Assembly (NCBI GenBank): GCA_036384035.1
Contig: DASVND010000035.1
Location: forward strand, 155,022 to 219,021
Direction: 5' to 3'
Origin: Sphingobium sp.
Lineage (GTDB): Bacteria; Pseudomonadota; Alphaproteobacteria; Sphingomonadales; Sphingomonadaceae
Length of the DNA: 64,000 nucleotides
Position numbers and translations under genes: made by a program. Below are positions 1-9,381 of the stretch, piece after piece; the first letter of the stretch is position 1; the number at the start of each line of letters is the position of its first letter. The notes under the pieces are model-generated. The model saw nothing but the letters and a program-made list of their open reading frames with translations. It did no database searches and was not told the DNA's origin.

Positions 1-348
1 CAAATCCAGCGATCCGAACCGCCGGGGGTCATTCAGGGCCAGCCGCCGCCCTGCATCGGTTTCCAGCACCAGATGATCGTGCGTGCCGATCTCGGCCGGA
101 TCCACCCGCCATCGGCCGGACATGCCCAAATGGAAGATCATCGTGTCGCCCCGGTCTGTGGCGAGCAGGCCATATTTGGCCCGCCGCGACAGACTAGTCA
201 CATAGGCGCCCGTCATGCGCTGGCGCAGGTCCATAGGGATCGGCCAGCGCAAGTCAGCCCGGCGTGGCTCGACCAGCCTTAACTGCGTGCCTTCCAGCAC
301 GGCGCGCAGACCGGCCACAGTGGTTTCGACTTCGGGAAGTTCAGGCAT
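1..348 (-). CDS. mutM: Formamidopyrimidine-DNA glycosylase (Fpg/MutM), 5' part; runs off the window start
   Basis: Manual translation from ATG at 348 gives MPELPEVETTVAGLRAVLEG...RRAKYGLL...IFHLGMSGRW, the canonical Fpg N-terminal PELPEVE and HLGMSG motifs. Not in the ORF track. Confidence 0.95.
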   Translation of the reverse strand, partial: MPELPEVETTVAGLRAVLEGTQLRLVEPRRADLRWPIPMDLRQRMTGAYVTSLSRRAKYGLLATDRGDTMIFHLGMSGRWRVDPAEIGTHDHLVLETDAGRRLALNDPRRFGSLDL

Positions 349-480
349 GGCGAAGGGATTTACGTGGCTCCGTGCCCATAGGCCAGTGCGCTTATACACA
401 ATCGCGCTACACGGCGACATTCGCCGGTTACATCCCTGGCCGATCCCGCATCCGGGGAAGGGCTCGGCGAAGGTATGGAT

Positions 481-654
481 ATGGCGAGACCAAGAACGAA
501 ACCGGCGCTTTGCGCCAGCGGGCGGCACAGGCCGGACGCTGCCCGGAAATCCGAATATGACGGCGTCACCCGCACCCATTGCCGGGATTGCCGATGCCAG
601 TTGGTCAAGACGCTCGCGTCACGCGGCTGGTATCGATCGGGCCTGTTCGCCTGA
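481..654 (+). CDS. Small Cys/His-rich protein (57 aa), putative zinc-binding
   Basis: Manual translation: MARPRTKPALCASGRHRPDAARKSEYDGVTRTHCRDCRCQLVKTLASRGWYRSGLFA*. GAAGG lies upstream and a hairpin downstream. Below the ORF-track size cutoff. Confidence 0.6.
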   Translation: MARPRTKPALCASGRHRPDAARKSEYDGVTRTHCRDCRCQLVKTLASRGWYRSGLFA

Positions 655-672
655 CTTGCACGGCGCAGGACG

Positions 673-705
673 AAAAAGGCCCGCCACCCTTTCGGATGGC
701 GGGCC
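673..705 (-). terminator. Intrinsic terminator, possibly bidirectional between convergent genes
   Basis: Stem GGCCCGCCA/TGGCGGGCC (678-686, 697-705) with A5 at 673-677, which is a U-tract on the minus strand. Confidence 0.65.
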
Positions 706-754
706 CGTCCCCCGGAGGCGCACGGCCCCACGGCGGCGGCAAGGCAGGCTGTTA

Positions 755-1882
755 TCAGGTGGTGGCGGGGGTCAGGCGCCTCCAACCCGTCGATACCTTG
801 CCGAAATCATACACAGGCTGGGCACGGACTTCCTTCGTGACCATTTCACCCTGAGGAGCGGCAACCGGCTTCTCCTGGCGTGCTGGTGCAGCGTGATTGC
901 CCGTCTCCGCCTGGTTCAGCAGGAAAGTGGCGCGGCGCAAACGATTCCTGCGCGTGAGGAAGGGGTTGGCCGCAGAAGGCGACTCAGCGACCATCGCCTC
1001 AAGCGATGTACTGGGCGCGGCTGCATGCGCTGCCGGACGCACATGTTCATCATCGGCATAGGCCGGCTGCACATAGGGCGACTCGACTGACGTCGCTGTG
1101 GCCATCACCGGCTCGCGAACCGGGCGAACCTTGACGGATGGCTCCTGGCTCAGCGTCGGCGCAATGGGGGCCGGCGCGCCGACCGGCTCATAGGTCACCG
1201 GAGCGGCATCTTCATAGGACCCCTTGCGGCGGCGCAGGGCGAACGCGGCTCCAGCGGCCAAGATCGCGGTCACGCCAGCGCCGATCGCGAATTTCGCTTC
1301 GTCGCTCATGCCGTTGTCGGCCGGCTGTACCGGAGCAGGCGCTACGGCAGCGGGAGCAGGGGTAGGCACCGTATCTGCCATCGATACCGGCGCGGCGGAC
1401 GGCGCACTGGTTACCGGAGTCGCATCGCTTGTCGGGGTTGCAACGGGAGCCTTGGCCGACGAGGCGCTCGACGCGGCCTCCGGCGTGCCGGTACGGGCAG
1501 TGACGCGTTCACGGGCAGCCTTGGGCGCAACCTCCTCCTGTGCCGGGGCAGCATCCGCCTCAGGCGCAGGGGCCGCCATTACCGGGCGCGGGGGAGTCGG
1601 TTGCACGACCGGAGATTGCGCCTTGAACAGCGGGGCCTGGGCAGACGCTGCCGGAGCAGCCGGCGGAGCCTGCACCACGGGCGCGGTCGCGGGCGCCGCT
1701 GCCTCGGGCGCTGCAACCTGCGGCATAGGCGCACTAGGCTGCATCACTGGCGCGGCCGGAGCGGCCGCAGGAGGCGTTACCTGTGGCTGCGCTTCCTGCG
1801 CAAAAGCCGTGGTGGAACCAAAAGCCAGGACAGCGGCAATCGCGGCCAAGGCGGGGCGGGTGGGGGTGAGATGTTTCGTCAT
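755..1882 (-). CDS. Pro/Ala-rich exported, membrane-anchored hypothetical protein
   Basis: Signal peptide ending AFA-QE, a long low-complexity Pro/Ala stalk, one TM segment followed by RRRK, and a cytoplasmic tail. Confidence 0.75.
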   Translation of the reverse strand: MTKHLTPTRPALAAIAAVLAFGSTTAFAQEAQPQVTPPAAAPAAPVMQPSAPMPQVAAPEAAAPATAPVVQAPPAAPAASAQAPLFKAQSPVVQPTPPRPVMAAPAPEADAAPAQEEVAPKAARERVTARTGTPEAASSASSAKAPVATPTSDATPVTSAPSAAPVSMADTVPTPAPAAVAPAPVQPADNGMSDEAKFAIGAGVTAILAAGAAFALRRRKGSYEDAAPVTYEPVGAPAPIAPTLSQEPSVKVRPVREPVMATATSVESPYVQPAYADDEHVRPAAHAAAPSTSLEAMVAESPSAANPFLTRRNRLRRATFLLNQAETGNHAAPARQEKPVAAPQGEMVTKEVRAQPVYDFGKVSTGWRRLTPATT

Positions 1883-2156
1883 AGCAACATAAGCAACGCC
1901 CGCTTTTCAAAAACGGATGCCGATGGCTCCGATGAATCGGGATGAACCGTGCGTCTGTATCGATCGAAAGAGGAATCGCCGTTATAATTTCGTTGACCGT
2001 GTTATCCGCGCACCAGCATCTACTTGTACCTGGCTGTCGAAGTTCATCTGCTGTTCAGCAAATCGGACAGGAAATACTTGAGAATCCCATACTATATTGA
2101 CCAATAGCTGGCGGTAGCATTCATCTGGCATTCACCGAGGAAGACGCGCGCCGTTA

Positions 2157-3326
2157 CTACTCAAGTACGCCCATGGCGACCAGCATGATGCTGAACAAGA
2201 ACATGACGAGGAACGCAAAGATCATCAGCAAGACAAGCCGCATTGCCGCGCCGGCCCGGGTCAGGCCATAGGCGCCGCGCAATTGCTTATACATATGGGT
2301 CGGCGGGATAATCGTCAGCGCCGCACCCCAGATCCAGCCGCTCAGCCCGGCGATCGTCCCCAGGGACAGCAGGATGACCAGCAGCATCATGAAACTGATC
2401 GAATAGGTCACGAAAATCGCGTGATCATAAAGCGGAATGTCGCGCCGCCAGAAAAAGAGCAGCCACATGAAGGGAATGCTCAAGGGAATGAGAGCCCAGC
2501 TATATTTATATCCGCTGGTCTTGAGCTTGTAGAGCAACAGTTGCGGATTTTCGTTCGCCTTCTTGGCGCCTTCGTTCACGGCGCGGTCCAGCGCCGCCCA
2601 GCCGGTGTGCAACCCCCCGTCGACATCGACCGCATCATCGTTCATTGCGGCGCGCTTTGCTTCCGTGCGTTTGCCCAGTTCCGCCACCTTGTCCCAGTCG
2701 CCGACGGCGACTCCGGCCATCCCGTCCCGCTCGTCCGTGCGCTGCTCGATTTTCCGGTCGAGCTTCTCGCGATCCGCATCGCTGATGCCGGGGGCCGATC
2801 GCGCGGCCCTGAGCGTGGAGATATCCTTTTCCGCCCGCGCATATTCCGCGCGCACGCCCGCGTTCCAGTCGCCAACCTGTGGACCCTGGCCCAGCACCGT
2901 GACTCCTGTGGGGGCGTTGATGAACGCGCCGCCGGTGAAGCCATAAACGGCGAACATGAGGAATACGGTGAACAGGAACAGCGCCATGGGCGACACGAAC
3001 TTCGCCCGTTCCCCATTGATGAAACGGCGCGTCAGGCGGCCGGGATGGAACATCAGCTCCGGCAGGGTGCGCCAGATTCTCCCTTCAAAATGAAAGACGC
3101 CGTGCAGAATGTCATGGCCAAGCGAGTGGAGGCTGCGATGGAGATGCGCCGCCTGCCCGCACTGGGCGCAATAAGGGCCGGTCAGCGCGGCGCTGCAATT
3201 GAGGCACGTGCTATGATGCGCGTCCCGATGAGCCTTTGCTCCGCCCGGATTAAGCTCGTGGTCGACCGCTCCGGCGGCAAGGCCCCCCGTCAACGCATCC
3301 CCGGCAGCTTCCATTTCCCCCGACAT
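2157..3326 (-). CDS. DUF3667-like membrane protein with N-terminal zinc ribbon
   Basis: CLNC...YCAQCGQ, then HFEGRIWRTL...PGRLTRRFING and several TM helices. Confidence 0.8.
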   Translation of the reverse strand: MSGEMEAAGDALTGGLAAGAVDHELNPGGAKAHRDAHHSTCLNCSAALTGPYCAQCGQAAHLHRSLHSLGHDILHGVFHFEGRIWRTLPELMFHPGRLTRRFINGERAKFVSPMALFLFTVFLMFAVYGFTGGAFINAPTGVTVLGQGPQVGDWNAGVRAEYARAEKDISTLRAARSAPGISDADREKLDRKIEQRTDERDGMAGVAVGDWDKVAELGKRTEAKRAAMNDDAVDVDGGLHTGWAALDRAVNEGAKKANENPQLLLYKLKTSGYKYSWALIPLSIPFMWLLFFWRRDIPLYDHAIFVTYSISFMMLLVILLSLGTIAGLSGWIWGAALTIIPPTHMYKQLRGAYGLTRAGAAMRLVLLMIFAFLVMFLFSIMLVAMGVLE

Positions 3327-3412
3327 GGCGTGGAAACTAACAGCCGCCCTTTGGATGGCAATGTGTTTCGTGTTAGGGCTTCGCGCACACTATCCCGAGC
3401 AGAGCCCGATCA

Positions 3413-4678
3413 ATGAACGACCTGACCCAGACGCCTGAAATGCTGATCGCCACCATGGGAGCCCGGGCGCGCAAGGCGTCTGCCTTGTTGGCGGGCGCAA
3501 GCGATGCCGACAAGGCGAAGGCGCTGAAGCTCGCGGCGCAGGCGCTACGCGACCAGGCAGGCCAGATCGCGGCGGCGAATGCGCGGGACATGGAAAATGC
3601 GGCGGCCAATGGATTGTCGCCGGCGATGCTTGATCGGCTGCGGCTGGACGCAGGCCGGATCGCCGGGACGGCCGACGGCGTGGAGGCTGTGGCAGGGCTC
3701 GATAATCCGCTGGGCAGCGTGATTGGCGAGAGCACGCGCCCTAACGGCATGGTGCTACAACGCGTGCGTGTGCCGCTGGGCGTCATCGGCATCATCTACG
3801 AAAGCCGCCCGAATGTTACGGCGGATGCCGCAGCGTTGTGCCTGCGCGCCGGCAACGCCGTGATCCTGCGCGGCGGCAGCGAGGCGCGGGAGAGCAACCG
3901 GGCCATTCACGCCGCGATGGTGGAGGGTATCGTCGCCGCGGGATTGCCCGCCGATGCGGTGCAACTGGTGCCCACGACGGACCGGGCCGCCGTAGGGGCC
4001 CTGCTGAAGGCGGCGGGCCTTATCGACCTGATCGTGCCGCGCGGCGGCAAATCGCTGGTCGCGCGCGTGCAGGAGGAGGCGCGGGTGCCCGTGCTGGCGC
4101 ATCTCGACGGTATCAACCACAGCTATGTCGACGCGGCCGCCGATCCGAAGATGGCGCAGGCGATCGTCGTCAACGCCAAGATGCGGCGGACGGGCGTCTG
4201 CGGAGCGACCGAGACGCTGCTGATCGATCGCGGCTATTCGGAGGCTGCTGCGCTCGTCAAGGCGCTGATCGAGGCAAAGTGCGAAGTGCGCGGGGATGAT
4301 GCTGTTCAGGCGCTGGACACGCGCGTAAAGCCTGCGTCGGACGAGGATTGGGATACGGAATATCTGGAGGCCGTCATTTCCGCGCGTTTCATCGATGGCG
4401 TGGATGAGGCGATCGACCATATTGCCGCTCATGGCAGCCATCATACCGATGCGATTATCACGGAAGATTCTGCGGTGGCCGAGCGGTTTCTGAACGCGGT
4501 CGACAGCGCCATTGTCATGTGGAACGCCTCAACCCAGTTCGCGGACGGGGGAGAGTTCGGCCTGGGGGCTGAGATCGGCATCTCCACCGGGCGGCTCCAT
4601 GCGCGCGGGCCGGTGGCTCTGGAAGGTCTGACCACCTATAAATGGCTGGTGCGGGGCACGGGCCAGACAAGGCCCTGA
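3413..4678 (+). CDS. proA: Glutamate-5-semialdehyde dehydrogenase (gamma-glutamyl phosphate reductase)
   Basis: [48 protein letters not shown] motifs. Confidence 0.97.
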   Translation: MNDLTQTPEMLIATMGARARKASALLAGASDADKAKALKLAAQALRDQAGQIAAANARDMENAAANGLSPAMLDRLRLDAGRIAGTADGVEAVAGLDNPLGSVIGESTRPNGMVLQRVRVPLGVIGIIYESRPNVTADAAALCLRAGNAVILRGGSEARESNRAIHAAMVEGIVAAGLPADAVQLVPTTDRAAVGALLKAAGLIDLIVPRGGKSLVARVQEEARVPVLAHLDGINHSYVDAAADPKMAQAIVVNAKMRRTGVCGATETLLIDRGYSEAAALVKALIEAKCEVRGDDAVQALDTRVKPASDEDWDTEYLEAVISARFIDGVDEAIDHIAAHGSHHTDAIITEDSAVAERFLNAVDSAIVMWNASTQFADGGEFGLGAEIGISTGRLHARGPVALEGLTTYKWLVRGTGQTRP

Positions 4679-4726
4679 TTCTCCGGCCGATAAAATCCCC
4701 GCCCGACGGGCGAGGATGCATGGTGA

Positions 4727-5188
4727 TCACTCTTCCGCCGCCCGTTCCAGCTCGGCGGGCTTACGCTCCGCAAATTTTTGGGCGAGCTTTTCTTCCTCCT
4801 TCGCGGTCAGTTCCTTTGCCGCGTCGGGGAACATCTCTTCCTCTTCCTCGTCGATATGGTGAAGGTAGCGCTTCTTCAGCTTCCCGAACGTTTCGTTCCA
4901 TTTCGCAGACCCGAAGCTCAGCTCTTCCAGCTCCTCAATGAAATCATCGATTTCCTTGTGCTCAGACACGCTATGCTGGGCGTCTTCGCGCAGGTCGGGG
5001 CGGGCCAGCATCGTCGAGTAGAGGGTTTCTTCCTCCGCTGCCGCATGGGCGGTGACTTCCACCTTGAACTGCGCGAACAGCTTCTCGCGGCGTTCCTTTT
5101 CGCCCTTTGCGTTATCCAGCTTCGCCAGCAACTGGCGATGGGCGTCATGATCCTGTTTCAGGCGATCGAAAATGGTGGCTTCGGCCAT
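4727..5188 (-). CDS. Hemerythrin (HHE) domain protein
   Basis: LKQDH, AHAAAEEETLY, EHKEID and HHIDEEEEEMFP motifs. GAGGAGG RBS before the ATG at 5188. Confidence 0.85.
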   Translation of the reverse strand: MAEATIFDRLKQDHDAHRQLLAKLDNAKGEKERREKLFAQFKVEVTAHAAAEEETLYSTMLARPDLREDAQHSVSEHKEIDDFIEELEELSFGSAKWNETFGKLKKRYLHHIDEEEEEMFPDAAKELTAKEEEKLAQKFAERKPAELERAAEE

Positions 5189-5216
5189 GAATTCCTCCTC
5201 GGGGATGAGGAGGACT

Positions 5217-5241
5217 AACGATGTCGGCCGTAAAAGGCTCC
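5217..5241 (-). promoter_or_regulatory. Putative EcfG (general stress sigma factor) promoter of the hemerythrin gene
   Basis: Minus strand GGAGC-N16-CGTT, one mismatch to the GGAAC-N16/17-CGTT consensus, about 30 nt upstream of the ATG. Confidence 0.5.
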
Positions 5242-5254
5242 TTACGCCCGGCAA

Positions 5255-5608
5255 TCAGCCGAACAGAAACTTGCCGACGATGGCGACAGGGATCCAGAGC
5301 ATGGGCGCGATCAGGCTAGCGCCCCACAATTGGAGCAGATCGACCCGAAAACGGGTAGCCAGACCGCCTTCGGGCAGGCGGCTATTCTCCAAAGCCGCCC
5401 AGCGATGTTCCAGGCCGCGTGCCGCCAGTGCGAAGCCGCCGATAGCGATGATGATGCCCAAATGCAGGACAAGCGAGCCGCCCATCTTGGCGACCACGAA
5501 AATCTGGAGAAGGGCGAACACGACGAGCGCCCCCGCCATGTGGCCACTGATCCGCCTTGCGTAGCCCGCGCCCGTATCGGCTGTCCGTTCGTTGAACATC
5601 GACGCCAT
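5255..5608 (-). CDS. Small membrane hypothetical protein
   Basis: Three hydrophobic segments. GGGAG RBS before the ATG at 5608. Confidence 0.65.
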   Translation of the reverse strand: MASMFNERTADTGAGYARRISGHMAGALVVFALLQIFVVAKMGGSLVLHLGIIIAIGGFALAARGLEHRWAALENSRLPEGGLATRFRVDLLQLWGASLIAPMLWIPVAIVGKFLFG

Positions 5609-5700
5609 ACTCGCTCCCTTGTTTGGAGCAAAACTTTCACGAATATGAACAGGGATCAACAAAAAATTTCTCGGGATATATTTGCTCTCCCCAATGGAGG

Positions 5701-6087
5701 TCAGGGAACGCCCGCAGATTCCTGCATCCGCTTTTCCGCGAACCATTGTTTGAGCATTGCCGCGGTGCAGCCGGTAAAGCCGTAACTGCCATTGGCCGAG
5801 CAACTGCCCGGGATGGTCTGTCGGGAAACATCCTCCATATTCGCCACCTGGCTACCCCAGCCGGGGCCGCCGGCGACTTCCGGTTTTTCCCGCAATTTCT
5901 TGGGGATGCGATAGCGCTCCGATTCCGGCTTGCGCGCGCAGACGACCACTTCGTCGCCTTCGCCTTTGGGGCAGGCGTCATTACCGTAAACGATGAGCGA
6001 GGTGATTTTCTGCGGAGGCTCCGCAAGCGCTGGCACGCTGACGGAACCCATTGCGAGAAGAAGGAATGCGACACCAAAGCGGCTCAT
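5701..6087 (-). CDS. Exported 4-Cys hypothetical protein (paralogue B)
   Basis: Signal peptide, then IVYGNDACP...VVCARKPESERYRIP...CS..G..GFTGC, shared with the upstream gene. Confidence 0.75.
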   Translation of the reverse strand: MSRFGVAFLLLAMGSVSVPALAEPPQKITSLIVYGNDACPKGEGDEVVVCARKPESERYRIPKKLREKPEVAGGPGWGSQVANMEDVSRQTIPGSCSANGSYGFTGCTAAMLKQWFAEKRMQESAGVP

Positions 6088-6209
6088 GATTATTCTACTT
6101 TCCGCCACTTCACTGAAGCAGCCACATGTCCCCTGTATGTCCGCCCCCGAAACAATCGCGCTACATGCGCGGGCTTCGTCGCAGGGACGCCGGCCGCGTC
6201 CCGTTGCCG

Positions 6210-6752
6210 TCACTGTTGGGGCGTCGCCGCCGCGTTGGCCTTGGCCTTCGCGGCTTCCTCCGCCTTGACGCGCTGCTCGATGGCTTCAGAATCCGCATCG
6301 ATCTTCGCGAGACGCTTGGAGCGTTCCGCTGCGACCAGATCGTTCCAGCTTACATTGTCGGCCTGCTGCCGTTCCGCCTTCGCCATCTGAGCAATCTGGG
6401 CGAAGCAGCCCGTGAAACCGCCTGCGCCGACGGGTGAGCAACTCTGGGTTCCGCTCTTACCCACATATTCGATTGACCGGGCGCGTTCCCCCCACGCCTG
6501 ATTGGCCGGGGCATTGGGATCGCCGCGCAGTGGTTCCGGAATGCGGTAACGCTCCTGCTCCTCCTTGCGTGCGCAGACCACAATGTCTTCGCCATTCCCC
6601 TGCGGGCAGGCATCATCGCCATAGACGATAACCAGATTGACCTTTTCTCCACCGGGTTTCGGTGCAGGCGGGCCTGCCGATTCCTGCGCCAGCGCGGGAG
6701 CGCCCGAAAACGCCATCAGGAGTGCGAGCGTTGCGGACATGGCGGTCTTCAT
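6210..6752 (-). CDS. Exported 4-Cys hypothetical protein (paralogue A)
   Basis: Signal peptide, then IVYGDDACP...VVCARKEEQERYRIP...CS..G..GFTGC. Start could be TTG at 6761. Confidence 0.75.
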   Translation of the reverse strand: MKTAMSATLALLMAFSGAPALAQESAGPPAPKPGGEKVNLVIVYGDDACPQGNGEDIVVCARKEEQERYRIPEPLRGDPNAPANQAWGERARSIEYVGKSGTQSCSPVGAGGFTGCFAQIAQMAKAERQQADNVSWNDLVAAERSKRLAKIDADSEAIEQRVKAEEAAKAKANAAATPQQ

Positions 6753-6764
6753 GATCTTCAATCC

Positions 6765-7310
6765 TCAAATACGCTTCGACAGGGCAATGGCAGCGCGGCA
6801 ACCAAGCCGGATTGCCCCGGAAAGCAGGGGGTAAGCAGGGGCATCCTCAGCGCCGGCGGCAAGTGCGGCGTCGCGATGCTCGACTTCCTCTGCCATGAAA
6901 TCCGCAATGGCGTCCGACAGTTCCGGATCGGCGTCACCAATGTGTGAAAGCTGTTCGGAATAGTGACGTTCGATTTCGGTCTCGATCGCGGCGGTGCAGG
7001 CCATGGCCGCCTCCGGGCCAATGGCTGCAGTCACCGCACCCAGCGCGAAGCCGGCGACATGCCAGACAGGCTGAAGCAGGGTGGGGCGGACGCCGCGCTC
7101 CGCGATCATCGCATCAAACCGTTCGCGATGTCTTTCCTCCTGCGCGGCCATCCCGGCGATGACACGAGCGGACGGATGGCGATCGCCCAAAATGGCAAGT
7201 TGCCCGGCATAGATGCGGGTCGCACCAAATTCCCCGGCCTGATCCACCCGCAGCATGGCGGCGGTGTCGGGCTTGTGGCCCGGACGGGGAAAATCGCGCT
7301 GGCCAGCCAT
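6765..7310 (-). CDS. coq7: Demethoxyubiquinone hydroxylase (Coq7 di-iron family)
   Basis: MLRVDQAGEFGATRIYAGQ, two E..H motifs, AMACTAAIE. Confidence 0.92.
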   Translation of the reverse strand: MAGQRDFPRPGHKPDTAAMLRVDQAGEFGATRIYAGQLAILGDRHPSARVIAGMAAQEERHRERFDAMIAERGVRPTLLQPVWHVAGFALGAVTAAIGPEAAMACTAAIETEIERHYSEQLSHIGDADPELSDAIADFMAEEVEHRDAALAAGAEDAPAYPLLSGAIRLGCRAAIALSKRI

Positions 7311-7311
7311 A

Positions 7312-7788
7312 TTATTTCGCCTTTTTCAACAAGGCGAAGATGGCGACGACCGCAGCAAGTGACAATATCCCGTTATATCCAGCGAGCGAAATGCCGAACA
7401 GCGACCAGGGCGCCACGTCGCACCGGGTGAGCGGCGTGTTCATGATGCTGTTCAGTACGTCCTGGGTGCTGCCGCCGACCGGGGTGGTGGAGCAGGCGGT
7501 CAGCCCCTGCCACCAGCCATATTCGACGCCCGCGTGGAAAAGGCCGATGCCGCCGCTGACAAGGATCGCAATCGCCGCGAGCGCTGCGAACAGCTTGCTG
7601 GCGGACGGCGTACTACGCAGGATGATGGCGATAAGGGCCAGCAGGATCGCGGCCAGATGCGGCCAGCGCTGCCACATGCACATTTCGCACGGATGCAGGC
7701 CGAAGACATATTGCGACACCAATGCGCCACCCAACAGGAATGTAGGTGCGAGGATGGCGATCAGGCGGGCGCGGGAGAGGTGGGTCAT
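7312..7788 (-). CDS. dsbB: Disulfide bond formation protein B family
   Basis: PCEMCMWQRWPH, second Cys pair (TAC...RCD), four TM helices. Confidence 0.85.
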   Translation of the reverse strand: MTHLSRARLIAILAPTFLLGGALVSQYVFGLHPCEMCMWQRWPHLAAILLALIAIILRSTPSASKLFAALAAIAILVSGGIGLFHAGVEYGWWQGLTACSTTPVGGSTQDVLNSIMNTPLTRCDVAPWSLFGISLAGYNGILSLAAVVAIFALLKKAK

Positions 7789-7798
7789 TCGGAACTTT

Positions 7799-7887
7799 CG
7801 TCATCCCCGCGAAGGCGGGGACCCATCTCCCGGCGTCTCGCGCGGGGCTATGATGGGAGATGGGTTCGCGCATTCGCGGGAATGACG
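7799..7887. repeat. CGTC-tagged palindromic REP-like dimer (family B)
   Basis: CGTCATCCCCGCGAAGGCGGGGACCCATCTCCC ... GGGAGATGGGTTCGCGCATTCGCGGGAATGACG: inverted arms, each with an internal hairpin. Confidence 0.85.
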
Positions 7888-7901
7888 GCTGATGGGAGTC
7901 A

Positions 7902-9287
7902 CTACTTCGTCGCCGGCTTCGCACGTGGGGTGGGTGGTGGCGGCGCAGCCTGCGCGACGACCGTGGCGGGCTTGGCCGCCAGTCGCGCGATCGTCTTGAG
8001 CGCATAGTCGAGCTGGAAGTCGTCAATGCCCTTCTTCTTCAGCTCTTCGGCCGTCGCGGTGAAGCGCGGATCGGTCTTGCCATCCTCTTCCAGCGTCTTG
8101 TTGTCGACCTTCGCCTCGTTGATCAGATGGCGGCGCAGGTCGCTTTCGCGGAAGCGCGGGCGTTCCTTATAGTCGGGGTCCGACAACTGCGGGACCAGGA
8201 TATCAGGTTCGATCCCGCCCTCCTGCACGGAGCGGTTGGAGGGCGTGAAATATCGGGCGGTCGTCAGGCGCAGCGCCGTCGTATTGCTGAGCGGAAGCAG
8301 CGTCTGGACGCTGCCCTTGCCGAAGCTGCGCTCGCCCATCACCAGTGCGCGATGCTGATCCTGCAGCGCGCCCGCGACGATTTCGGAGGCTGAGGCGGAG
8401 CCGCTGTCGACCAGGACGATCACAGGCAGGCCCTTCGCATCGTCGCCAGGCTTGGCATAATAGCGCTCGACGTCGCCCTTCGCACGGCCGCGTTGCGATA
8501 CGATCTCGCCACGCTCCAGGAAGGCGTCGCTAACCGATACCGCCTCATCCAACAATCCGCCCGGGTTGGACCGCAGGTCGAGCACATAGCCGGTCGGCTT
8601 GTGGCCCAGCGACTTGTCGATGCTGCGGATCGCCGATTTCACGTCCGCGCCGGTATTGGCGGAGAAGCTGACGATGTTGATGACACCGATGTTGTTCTTC
8701 ACTTCCCACTTCACCGGCTTCAGCTCGATGATCTCGCGGGTCAGCGTCAGATCGATGGGTTTGTCGCGGCCGGGGCGCACGATGGTCAGCTTGATCGGGG
8801 TGCCCGCCGCGCCGCGCATTTTCTCCACCGCATCGTCCAGCGTGCCACCATAGATAAGTTCGCCGTCAAGATGCGTGATATAGTCGCCGGCCTTGATGCC
8901 CGCACGCCAGGCCGGGGTGTCTTCGGTCGGCGCGATCACTTTGACTGCGCCGTCCTCCATCGTAACGGACAGGCCCAGGCCGCCATAGCTGCCCTCGGTT
9001 TGGGTACGCAGGTTGGCGAAGTCGCGGGCATCAAGGAAACTGGAATGCGGGTCGAGGCTGGACAGCATCCCTTCGATCGCGCCCTTGATCAGCTTCTCGT
9101 CGTCGACCTTGTCCACATAATCGGTGCGCACCTTCTGGAACACATCCATGAACTCATCGAGTGCCTTGTAGCTGCTCCCCTCCGCCTCGGCGAGCGCTGC
9201 GGTCGTTGCGGGAATAAGGGCGAGCGCGCCGAACGCGACGGCCCCTTGCAGAAAGGTGGATTTCATTTGCGGCATGAGTCCTGACAC
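7902..9287 (-). CDS. ctpA: Carboxy-terminal processing protease, S41 family
   Basis: LDPHS, PDZ domain, DLRSNPGGLL, SASASEIVAGALQD, FGKGSVQT. Start uncertain by a few codons. Confidence 0.93.
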   Translation of the reverse strand: MSGLMPQMKSTFLQGAVAFGALALIPATTAALAEAEGSSYKALDEFMDVFQKVRTDYVDKVDDEKLIKGAIEGMLSSLDPHSSFLDARDFANLRTQTEGSYGGLGLSVTMEDGAVKVIAPTEDTPAWRAGIKAGDYITHLDGELIYGGTLDDAVEKMRGAAGTPIKLTIVRPGRDKPIDLTLTREIIELKPVKWEVKNNIGVINIVSFSANTGADVKSAIRSIDKSLGHKPTGYVLDLRSNPGGLLDEAVSVSDAFLERGEIVSQRGRAKGDVERYYAKPGDDAKGLPVIVLVDSGSASASEIVAGALQDQHRALVMGERSFGKGSVQTLLPLSNTTALRLTTARYFTPSNRSVQEGGIEPDILVPQLSDPDYKERPRFRESDLRRHLINEAKVDNKTLEEDGKTDPRFTATAEELKKKGIDDFQLDYALKTIARLAAKPATVVAQAAPPPPTPRAKPATK

Positions 9288-9381
9288 ATGATTTTCCGCT
9301 GGTATAGACCCAAAGGACGCCTAACGCCAAGCGCGCGCTCGACCAGGGGCGTCCCGTTTCGACAGGCGTTGTCATGGGGCA

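Noticed and set aside
215-1090. 291-aa plus-strand ORF
   Set aside because: It overlaps mutM and the 755-1882 gene in antisense and crosses a terminator.
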